Virus record (IMG/VR): IMGVR_UViG_3300045049_000286
Span: 1 to 64,000 of that record
Strand: one strand, 5' to 3'
DNA length: 64,000 nt
Source: a virus
In this document: positions 55,898 through 63,907 of the stretch, piece after piece
How the letters are laid out: each line of letters begins with the position of its first letter
Position numbering within the stretch: position 1 is the first letter of the stretch
Translations under genes and position numbers: made by a program
Notes under the pieces: generated by a model
The model's input: the letters and a program-made list of their open reading frames with translations, nothing else
The model's database searches: none
What the model was told of the DNA's origin: nothing

Positions 55898-55950
55898 CGC
55901 CCGGTGCGGGAGTCGAACCCGCTTGCGCATCGCTGCACACCCTCCGGGCG
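55898..55950 (-). ncRNA. tRNA-like element (acceptor-like stem + GNRA hairpin + T-arm)
   Basis: CGCCCGG-AGGG-TGTGCA-GCGA-TGCGCA-A-GCGGG-TTCGACT-CCCGC-A-CCGGGCG. Confidence 0.65.
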
Positions 55951-55955
55951 ACCCG

Positions 55956-56168
55956 TTACCGCCGGGCTGCGGTCTTGCGCTCGTGCTTCGCGACAGCCGC
56001 ACGCCACGCGGCCTCGTCCTCGGCCCCATAGCCGTAGGCCGGGCCCCTGAAATAGAACGCATCGCGGAAGATGCCAGCGATGTTGTAGTTGGCCGGGTCG
56101 CGGTCCTCCATCGTCAGCGTGTCCTTGATCACCTGGCGGACCTCAGCCACGCTCCCGTACCCGCTCAC
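55956..56168 (-). CDS. Hypothetical protein
   Basis: AAGGAGG RBS; GTGA overlap. Confidence 0.65.
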   Translation of the reverse strand: MSGYGSVAEVRQVIKDTLTMEDRDPANYNIAGIFRDAFYFRGPAYGYGAEDEAAWRAAVAKHERKTAARR

Positions 56169-56626
56169 GCGCCGACCTCCTTCGGCTCGTGGGCCATGCG
56201 GCAGCCGGGGCACGTCACCGACGCGGTCAAGCCGTAGTAGCTGTGCCGGTCGCGGTCGGAGTCGGGGACCATCTCCCCGCACATCGAAGCCGTGTGCGTG
56301 CCGCCGTCGCCGGAGAGCGCACCGAAGCGGGTCGCCGACAGCACGTGGACCGGGTTCTCTACCTGCTCCCAGATGGCAACCTCGACGCGGTCCCGTCCCT
56401 CACTCGCCATGCGGCATGCGCAGATCTGCGAGGTGAACTCGTTGGGCCGCTGCCACACGCGCACCGACACCACGCGCCCACACGAGCACGGTGACATCGT
56501 GGGTGCCTCACCGACCACGAACATGGGCTTCCACCTGCGGGCCAGGGGCACGCGCACCACCAGGCGCGCGCCGACGGGCAGCGCCTCGATCTCGTCCCAC
56601 GTGGCCAGGGTGATGGTCTCGTTCAT
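56165..56626 (-). CDS. Cys-motif hypothetical protein
   Basis: AGGAGG RBS; H...CG...VTCPGC. Confidence 0.7.
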   Translation of the reverse strand: MNETITLATWDEIEALPVGARLVVRVPLARRWKPMFVVGEAPTMSPCSCGRVVSVRVWQRPNEFTSQICACRMASEGRDRVEVAIWEQVENPVHVLSATRFGALSGDGGTHTASMCGEMVPDSDRDRHSYYGLTASVTCPGCRMAHEPKEVGA

Positions 56627-56634
56627 AGCGCCTC

Positions 56635-57006
56635 CTAGTAGCTGTGTCCGGCGGCCTGGAGCCAGTCCGCGAACCGGTCCAGGGTGTGGAGCGCGCGGCG
56701 CAGGTCGTCGTCGGTGCTGCCTTTGGTCACGCACTCGCGCACCATCTCGACCTCGAAGCTGTCGGGGTCGGGCTCACGCTGGCCCGAGCCAGGCGTGAAG
56801 ATGTCGCGCGGCACCGGGGTACCGAAGTCGAACGTCAGCACCTCGGCCACCGCTCCGAGCCACATCAGACACCACCCCCACTGGTCGTACGGGTCGTGGT
56901 TGAACCGGGCCTCGTACATCACGGCCTGGTAGCCGTTGTGGCCCTCCGGGCCGAAGGGGTAGACGCGTCGCGGATCACCACCGCGCGGGTGCAGCTTTGT
57001 CTTCAC
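56635..57006 (-). CDS. Hypothetical protein
   Basis: GGAG RBS; GTGA overlap. Confidence 0.7.
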   Translation of the reverse strand: MKTKLHPRGGDPRRVYPFGPEGHNGYQAVMYEARFNHDPYDQWGWCLMWLGAVAEVLTFDFGTPVPRDIFTPGSGQREPDPDSFEVEMVRECVTKGSTDDDLRRALHTLDRFADWLQAAGHSY

Positions 57007-57386
57007 CGGAAAGGCTCTCCGTTCCAGTCGATGTCGCGGTTGGGGTCGAACGCGCGAATCCATGCGCGCGCGGTTTTTGTTGCGTCCTCGATGTCCCCGT
57101 TGAACGGCAGGGTGTCCAGCGACGCGTACGTGTAGTCGCACCACTCCTCGGTGCTGCCGGGGTCCTCGATGTCGCGGCAGATCATGAACTCGGTCATAGC
57201 GTCGACGCCGAGCGAGTCGAGGTCGTGTTCCACGTCATCATTGAGTGGCGCGGACGCGTAGGCGTACACGTTGACCACGCGACCGGGCAGATCCGGATTG
57301 ACGAACCGAACCGAGCACGCCTCGCCGAGCTGCTCGTCACCGTGTTGCCCGTCGTCGTCCATGATCGGTCCGTGCATGACCCACAT
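57003..57386 (-). CDS. Highly acidic hypothetical protein
   Basis: TGATG overlap; GGGAG RBS. Confidence 0.7.
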   Translation of the reverse strand: MWVMHGPIMDDDGQHGDEQLGEACSVRFVNPDLPGRVVNVYAYASAPLNDDVEHDLDSLGVDAMTEFMICRDIEDPGSTEEWCDYTYASLDTLPFNGDIEDATKTARAWIRAFDPNRDIDWNGEPFR

Positions 57387-57688
57387 CAGTCGGTCTCCCT
57401 CGGCGTGCCGTCCGCGTTCAGGCCGCGCCGGTAGCGCCGCTGGCCCTCCTTGAACGCCACCTTGAAGAGGCGCCACATGGCGAAACGCTTGGTCTGCTCG
57501 CGAGGGCTGATCCGGCCCGCTCGGAACAGGTCCACGGTGACGTCTGGGTCCATTTGGGCCGGATAGTGAATCTTCGAGACGCCTTCACTGCCGTACGCCT
57601 CGACGTAGTTGGCGTGGTCCCATCCGTATTCCCAGCCCATCTCGTTCGCGCGCTGGGTCTCTTCCTCGGTGAGCTGCCAGTAGTCCAC
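57386..57688 (-). CDS. Hypothetical protein
   Basis: GGAGG RBS. Confidence 0.7.
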   Translation of the reverse strand: MDYWQLTEEETQRANEMGWEYGWDHANYVEAYGSEGVSKIHYPAQMDPDVTVDLFRAGRISPREQTKRFAMWRLFKVAFKEGQRRYRRGLNADGTPRETD

Positions 57689-57691
57689 CGG

Positions 57692-57949
57692 TCAGTCCTC
57701 CGTCGTCGTGTCGGCCGAGACGACCGACGTGCCGTCTCCCCGGTATGCCGTGTACAGCCCGGCCTCACCGCAGGTGATCGGGAAACTGAACGGCCTGCCG
57801 TCCACGTAGAGTTGCGCCATGCGCGCGTCGCGGCCGGTGAGCCGCTCGACCCACGCTTCCTTACCTGCGACCTGCATGTGCATGCACACCTCGGAGTAGG
57901 GCAGCCGCACGTGGACCACATCGCCAGGCGCAACGAGAATCCGGCTCAC
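57692..57949 (-). CDS. Hypothetical protein
   Basis: AAGGAGG RBS before GTG. Confidence 0.7.
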   Translation of the reverse strand: MSRILVAPGDVVHVRLPYSEVCMHMQVAGKEAWVERLTGRDARMAQLYVDGRPFSFPITCGEAGLYTAYRGDGTSVVSADTTTED

Positions 57950-58029
57950 TTCCGAACCTCCTTGATTGAGTTGTGGATTGGGCGGAGAAAGGGCGAGGCC
58001 GCGCGGCCACACTCCGCGCGGCCCCGTAG

Positions 58030-58524
58030 TCAGCCGACGATCGGCCCGGCCACGGTGCTCTCGGGCTTCTTGCCGATGCCCCAGTCGCGCATGCGGCGCG
58101 GTAGCTGCACGCAGAGCGTGTCGTAGCTGATCAGTCGGTCTTCGTCGCCGCCGACGTAGACGATGGTGTAGGCGCCGTTCGGGTTGATCACCACGTCCTT
58201 GACGACCTTGAACGCGAACGCGTAGGCGTACGCGGGCTGCTGCGGACTCATGTACGACGGTTCCGGCTCCAGCCAGTACGCGCGAGACACCGCGAGCCCG
58301 ATCAGCGCGCTGCGGTCGTACCAGGCGTCGGCCGGGCTGATGTAGAGGTAATGCCAGAACTTGGCACCCTCGGCCTCCACGCGTCGGTGGTTCTTCCAGA
58401 CGTTCGCGTAGTGGAACACGTCGTCACGAAGCCGAACGAGATCACGCGACCGTACGAACTGCTCCTTGTACCAGGCGAGTTCATCCTCGGCCGATGCGAA
58501 CTCCGGGATCTCGGTGCCGGTCAT
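58030..58524 (-). CDS. Hypothetical protein
   Basis: GGAGG RBS. Confidence 0.7.
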   Translation of the reverse strand: MTGTEIPEFASAEDELAWYKEQFVRSRDLVRLRDDVFHYANVWKNHRRVEAEGAKFWHYLYISPADAWYDRSALIGLAVSRAYWLEPEPSYMSPQQPAYAYAFAFKVVKDVVINPNGAYTIVYVGGDEDRLISYDTLCVQLPRRMRDWGIGKKPESTVAGPIVG

Positions 58525-58685
58525 AGGCCCTCCCCAGGAAAATGCGCGCGCGAGTTTTGGTTGCGTCCGCGCGCCCTCACGCCGCCGGACATTACCGGCG
58601 CGGTGTGACATTTCGGCAATGCAACACGCGACGCACAGCCGCGCCCGGCCACGTCCCCCGACCCGTGGCCCAGCGTGGCCCCACG

Positions 58686-59042
58686 TCAGGACGAAATGTG
58701 CTGCGCGAGCGCGGCCATCTGCGACAGCACGTCGGCGCGCCCGGACGCGAGGAACGCGCGCCGGTCGTTCGTGCTCATCGCGGACGGGTTGTACACGCGG
58801 TGCCGAATCTGCGTGGCCAACTCGTCCAGCGTGGCCGCGAGGGCGAGTCCGTCGCCCATCTCGTCGATCAGGTCGAGCAGTCCGCGCAACCGGTGCGTGT
58901 CCGAGCTGTCGATGTCGCCGCGCTCGGTGTAGTTGGCGGTCATCTCGTCGATTTGCTGGTTGATCTGGCCGAGGACGCTGCCGATCTCGTCCTCGGTGCG
59001 TTGGACGGCTGGCAGGTTGATCAGGTTTCGGGGACTGGTCAT
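58686..59042 (-). CDS. Hypothetical protein
   Basis: AAGGAGG RBS; ATGA overlap. Confidence 0.7.
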   Translation of the reverse strand: MTSPRNLINLPAVQRTEDEIGSVLGQINQQIDEMTANYTERGDIDSSDTHRLRGLLDLIDEMGDGLALAATLDELATQIRHRVYNPSAMSTNDRRAFLASGRADVLSQMAALAQHISS

Positions 59043-59218
59043 GCGTTGACCTCCTTGATGGTGTGGGTCACGGGCAGGATGGTGGGGCGCACCACGTTGA
59101 GGGGCGGCGTGCCGAACCACAGCGGGTTCAGCAGGTTGGGGCGCAGGATGATCAGGCCCGGCAGGTCCGCTCGCGCGAACAGCTCGGCGGCGGTGCAATG
59201 GATCGCGGGCTTGATCAC
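59039..59218 (-). CDS. Small hypothetical protein
   Basis: GTGA overlap. Confidence 0.5.
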   Translation of the reverse strand: MIKPAIHCTAAELFARADLPGLIILRPNLLNPLWFGTPPLNVVRPTILPVTHTIKEVNA

Positions 59219-59364
59219 GTCGTGGCCTTTCGACGGGGGATCTTGCGGGTGGTGGCGCTGACGATGGCGCGGAATGCGTGGCGGTCGCGCGGCTGCCACA
59301 GGAGGTTCGGCCGTTGCTGGTCGCCGACCTTGACCGAGAGCGTGACGCGCGGGCAGCCGGTCAC
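59215..59364 (-). CDS. Small hypothetical protein
   Basis: GTGA overlaps at both ends. Confidence 0.45.
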   Translation of the reverse strand: MTGCPRVTLSVKVGDQQRPNLLWQPRDRHAFRAIVSATTRKIPRRKATT

Positions 59365-59801
59365 ACCGCACGCCCCATCGGGGACAGGTGCAGCGGCATG
59401 ACCCGTGCGGGCGCGGCCGGCGGGGCGCCGATCACGCTCTCGACGGGGTAGCGGTCGACGTGTGTCTCGATCTCCTCGCGCCGGTACAGACCCAGTCGCA
59501 GCAGTTCGGCGATGATTTCGCGCGCCCGGTCGTGCGTGACGTGCCTGCCGCCGAATGCGGGCTTCCACACCGTGTCCTTTCGGACCGGCTGACGCACCAG
59601 CACGGTGTAGGTCTGGCGGGTACCGATGCCGAACACCACCGCGCCGGTATCGGCATCGGCCACCCGAATGCCGTGCGGGTACGCCTTCGGGAAGGACGCG
59701 TAGAGGTCCCGCGCCATGGCGATAGCGCTGACCTTGTTCAGCGCGCCGCCGTGGTGGCCCCATCGGTTCGGGTCGGTCGGGGCAATTTCGACGTGAAACA
59801 T
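59361..59801 (-). CDS. Hypothetical protein
   Basis: GGGAG RBS. Confidence 0.65.
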   Translation of the reverse strand: MFHVEIAPTDPNRWGHHGGALNKVSAIAMARDLYASFPKAYPHGIRVADADTGAVVFGIGTRQTYTVLVRQPVRKDTVWKPAFGGRHVTHDRAREIIAELLRLGLYRREEIETHVDRYPVESVIGAPPAAPARVMPLHLSPMGRAV

Positions 59802-59809
59802 AACGCTCC

Positions 59810-60031
59810 CTACTGGACGTAGCTCGGTTCCCACAGGTAGCGGCTCGAATGGCGGTTGTTGGGGTCGAATCCCTGGCGCTTGCGGATCACACGCGTCATG
59901 CGGTCGGGCGTCTGCCGCGTGCGCTTGTGTGGCGCGTGCAGGTGCTGAAAGATGCGGGCCCGCTCGCGGTACGTGGCGCGCTTCCACGCCTCGAATGCGG
60001 CGTGGACTTCCTTGGGGCTCGGTCGACTCAT
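59810..60031 (-). CDS. Small basic hypothetical protein
   Basis: AAGGAGG RBS. Confidence 0.65.
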   Translation of the reverse strand: MSRPSPKEVHAAFEAWKRATYRERARIFQHLHAPHKRTRQTPDRMTRVIRKRQGFDPNNRHSSRYLWEPSYVQ

Positions 60032-60324
60032 TGGGTGTAATCCTCCTTCGGCACCATGCCGACGATGCGGAACGTGCAGCCGCGCAACTCGCCGCGCGCG
60101 GCCGTGGTCATGCGCGCGAAAGCGGCTTCGGCTTCCTCACGCGAATTGGCGCGCGTGGATTTGGTGAACGGGTAAGCGTCGTGCGGGGACGTCATGTCCG
60201 CGCACCAGACGTCTTTGATCCCCGCCAGGGTGAGACGCGCGCGCCGTTGCTCACGCGTCTCAGGTGCGCGGTGCGCGCGCATGAACATATGGCGGGTGAG
60301 TCTGTACGCCTGGGCGTTCTTCAC
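60028..60324 (-). CDS. Basic hypothetical protein
   Basis: GGAGG RBS; GTGA overlap. Confidence 0.65.
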   Translation of the reverse strand: MKNAQAYRLTRHMFMRAHRAPETREQRRARLTLAGIKDVWCADMTSPHDAYPFTKSTRANSREEAEAAFARMTTAARGELRGCTFRIVGMVPKEDYTQ

Positions 60325-61178
60325 ACCTTCCCTCCCTGCATCTTGATCAACTGCTCGGCGCGGCGGATCTTGTCGTTCGCGCGTGCGACCTTTCGCGCGT
60401 CGCCCTTAGCGGCGTGACGCTCCGCGATAGCCGTTGCCAGCAGCGCGCGACCGGTTGCGATGAGTGCGTCACGCGCGCCTTGCTCGGCGCGCATCCGCTC
60501 GAACTCCACTGCCGCGCTCTGCTGCGCCGCGAGGTCCCTTTCCGCGCGCGTGCGGTCGCGTCGCGCGTTCATTCCGCGACCGCGCACGAAAACCACGGGC
60601 TCAGAACTCTTCGGACGCTGCCCGCCCGGATTGCGCAAGTCGCGCACGCCGTAGGTTCGCGTCGTGCTCTGCTGCTTTCCCTCACCAGCGGGACGCTGGG
60701 CGCGGAACCACTCCTCACGCGCTTTCGGGTCGGCCGGAATTTCGGGCGCGGCCGTACTCTCGAAAACGTTGTGGCGCTCCGCGATGTCCGGGGCGGGCGT
60801 GGCCATGTCCGGCACGAAACCGGCGCGCGGACGCACACCAGCGGGCAGGCCACGGTTACCGCGCCCAGGACGGTTCGGCCGGTCACGGTCGCCCGGATAG
60901 GGATTGACGGAGGGAACGCGCACGGGCGAGTTTGCGCCGGGCGACGGGGCACCCTGGTAACGCATCAAACGGCCGTTGCGCGTGCGCTTGATCACGGGGG
61001 CAGGGTTCGGCACGTGGTCCGCACGCTCCGAAGCGGGAACGTTCGCAAGGGTGCCTTTCGGCAGCTTGCCTGCCAGCGCGTCACGAATCGGCGCAGCCAT
61101 GACGAAATGGCTTGTCACTCCTGCGGTCGGCTCACTGGCAAGGCCCATGCGTGCCAGTTCGAAAGCGGAAAGCGGCAT
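60321..61178 (-). CDS. Basic R/P/A-rich hypothetical protein, first gene of leftward arm
   Basis: GAGGGGA RBS before ATG 61178. Confidence 0.7.
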   Translation of the reverse strand: MPLSAFELARMGLASEPTAGVTSHFVMAAPIRDALAGKLPKGTLANVPASERADHVPNPAPVIKRTRNGRLMRYQGAPSPGANSPVRVPSVNPYPGDRDRPNRPGRGNRGLPAGVRPRAGFVPDMATPAPDIAERHNVFESTAAPEIPADPKAREEWFRAQRPAGEGKQQSTTRTYGVRDLRNPGGQRPKSSEPVVFVRGRGMNARRDRTRAERDLAAQQSAAVEFERMRAEQGARDALIATGRALLATAIAERHAAKGDARKVARANDKIRRAEQLIKMQGGKV

Positions 61179-61217
61179 AGCGGTCCCCTCTCTGGTTTTC
61201 GTGGGATACGGGAATTG

Positions 61218-61597
61218 GTGCCTAGGTGGGTTCCGATGGTTCCCACCTACGGGCGCGGTGCGTCTAAGCCATGTCTCAGGCTCAAACCGGCGCACCGCGC
61301 CCCTAGGCGAAGGTTGTGCGTGCCTCTCGCTACGCGTTCGGCACGTCAGAGAAAGCGCGCCTGCCAAGCGCACATATCTCCCGCCCGTTTCCTCTCCTCG
61401 TTACGGGCAGAACTCACGTCACCACATGTCACCGCACGCCGTGCCAGCACGGGAGCGTGTCATTCGGCTACTTGCTTTCGCGTGGCAATGCACGGTCAGT
61501 GCGCATGTAAAAGGCGCACCGCTCCCAATGCATCGCAGACGCTATTCGCGTTCGCGTCACCTAGCCATGCGCACGGCGCATGACTGACATGGTGGGG
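61218..61597 (-). ncRNA. Candidate large structured RNA / leader
   Basis: Many nested helices incl. perfect 12-bp stem, long-range ATGTCA..TGACAT helix, GAAA tetraloop, G-U pairs favouring - strand. Confidence 0.55.
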
Positions 61598-62852
61598 ATG
61601 TAGCGCGGCGGACCGCGCGGGACATAGCTGTCCCGTTGTCAAGGAACTCGCGAGAGGGCAGACCCCTCCCCTTGCAGCGCTACCGGCGCGGCCGACGCGG
61701 AAGATCACGCGCCCAAACCCGCGCTCACCGGACCGGCCACTCAACCCCCCGCGTAGCGGGTGGGGAGCCTGCCTGCCGTCCGTGGTGGCGACGGGAACAA
61801 CCATCCTCGCTTTTGGTCTCAGAACGAGCACACCCATATAACAGCGAGATAACTATAGGGAAGACGCAGGTCAGAGCCTATGTGATCAAGGAAAATAATT
61901 CCGTCCGCACGCGCAGCGATGTCCCGCTATGCCGCGTATGCCCGTTTCTCCAAGATCACCGTTACATAAAAGTGATGTCGGCTTTGGGCATGAAATTCGC
62001 ATATGTCTAGTCCAAAACGAACTAGGACAGACAGGGGCAAGCTGTGACACGCGCCGGGCCGCGAACTCGCGCAAGGCCCCGCCAGCGCGTCTTTTGCCCC
62101 AAAATGTCCGTCTCAAAATATGGACGCGCGGGGGACAAATAGGACACGCCCGAAACGGGCCTACAGGGTATCTCTCGCACGCGTAACCCCTACTCAGGTA
62201 CCGCGCGCCAACCGCTACCCGCGCGCGTCTGAGACGTGCCCTAGGTGCGTTTTTCGGGCCTGCTAGGTCTCCAGCCGTACCCGCCCCTAGTCCACTTCCC
62301 CGCCTCCCCGGCGCAAGCGGACGCGCCCGCTCCATGTGACGCGGCGTCAAGCGGAGGTTCGCGCTCCGGCGGGAGTTGGTGCCAGCGCGCCATGCGGACG
62401 GCCACGCTCCGTGTGATGCCGCATCACATGGACGCAGAGCCTCCGCTATCGCTCTCCGTGACAACCGGCATTTGTCGCATGTCGGATACGTACGATGTAC
62501 GCGGGTATGAGGGAGCATGTCGGACATCGCGCGAATGTCGCGGATGCCAGGTGTGCCCGACATGTGATGACATGACGGACATAAGCAGTACCTCCCGCGA
62601 TGTCCGTTTTTTCTCTTACCAATATTCTTACTTAAATCCTCGTGATCAAGATATGCGCGGAGAGTATTTTGATCATGGCCTAAAGTGATGCTGACGCACG
62701 GTAATGGTTATTACTGTGCGTGAGAACAGGCATTTCGGACAGCTACGCGCGTAAACGTATGATGTCCAACCATATGCACTCATGGGGGTTTGAAGTGGTG
62801 CAGAAATGGGGATTCCAGGCGTATGCGGTGATGTCCCGCTAAATACGGACAT
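61586..62852. repeat. Non-coding divergent region with dense GACAT/ATGTC motifs
   Basis: About 17 copies counted by eye; exact 12-mer GATGTCCCGCTA at 61918 and 62830; lower GC; no codon-biased ORF. Confidence 0.6.
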
Positions 62853-63047
62853 AGATGGACGACCCCCCACCATTAAGTCATTTCCTCCCAAAACGGGCGG
62901 CCTGGTCCCGAGCGCACATCGCCGCGATACGCGCATAGGCAGTGTCCGCCGGCCGGGCAGTATCACTGTACGTGAAAATCGGCCCTCCGCACGGGCATGG
63001 GCAAAATACGCAAACCGGGCATGCGGCGGTGGAATATGCTCGCCGGC

Positions 63048-63419
63048 ATGACTGACGCAGACGCTGAGCGCACCGCCCTCACCCCCGAGCTGCTCGCCCA
63101 GGCGCTCGACGAGGTCGACGAGGAGATCGAGCGATGGAAGGACGAAGGGTCGATCGAGGAAGGCAGCGGAGCGGCCGGCTGTCTCGACCTTCTCCGCGAG
63201 GCGCTCGCCCGTCGCGGCATCGAGCTGCCAGACGCACCGGCGGAAAAGGTCGGCGAGGCCCCGCTGGTGACGATCCCGATCCGGACGCGGAAGCCGGCGA
63301 AGTGGCGCTTCGTGGACACCGAGACGGGCGAGGTCTGGCGCTGGGACGTGGCGGCCGGCACGTTCGTGCGCGACGAGGGCACGGTCTACATGGACGCCGG
63401 CGGCGGTCCAACTGCTTGA
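63048..63419 (+). CDS. Hypothetical protein
   Basis: TATGCT 7 nt before ATG (leaderless-like); KWRFVDTETGEVWRW. Confidence 0.65.
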   Translation: MTDADAERTALTPELLAQALDEVDEEIERWKDEGSIEEGSGAAGCLDLLREALARRGIELPDAPAEKVGEAPLVTIPIRTRKPAKWRFVDTETGEVWRWDVAAGTFVRDEGTVYMDAGGGPTA

Positions 63420-63559
63420 ATAGTCAGGCCCCTAGGTCGGGGAGCATGGCGCAGGCTGGACACGCGGCCCGCCCGTTTGGGCATCGACTCGCTTCCACGT
63501 CCTGCGCCATGCTGGCGGCCACGCGCCTTTGGAGGCCGGCGCGGGCGCATAATGCGCTC

Positions 63560-63907
63560 GTGACCGATCAACTCGACTTCGACGGCTGCAGCCGCTCGTG
63601 CCGGCCTCGCAAGAAGCCCCGGAAACACACCTTCGTCTGGGGGCAGTGCGCGCACGCCGAGCGGCCCGAGCAGCGCATCAACATCGGCCCGCGCGTGTTC
63701 AAAGCCGAGGACGGCGAGATGTCCATCGGCTACGAGACGTTCACCTTGACCCAGATGGCCGACAAGGTCGAGGCCGCGCTGCGGTCGGTGGAAGCGCGCC
63801 TCGGCCCGTACGGCTTCTCTGCGCGGGGTGCCGCCGGCGGCCTTACCGGCGCGGAGTACCAGGCGATGGCGCTGGCGGTGGCGCGGATGCTGGCCGGCGA
63901 TGAGTGA
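63560..63907 (+). CDS. Hypothetical protein
   Basis: CATAAT 6 nt before GTG (leaderless-like); C...C....HT..WG.C. Confidence 0.65.
   Translation: MTDQLDFDGCSRSCRPRKKPRKHTFVWGQCAHAERPEQRINIGPRVFKAEDGEMSIGYETFTLTQMADKVEAALRSVEARLGPYGFSARGAAGGLTGAEYQAMALAVARMLAGDE

Noticed and set aside
52932-55950. Calling the T-loop elements true tRNA genes
   Set aside because: Only 46-53 nt, with no D arm or 7-nt anticodon loop; reported as tRNA-like elements instead
61440-61510. Hammerhead ribozyme within the structured leader
   Set aside because: GAAA is present but the CUGANGA core reads CUGACCG
61316-63051. ORFs in the 61.3-63 kb region
   Set aside because: No codon bias or RBS; treated as non-coding
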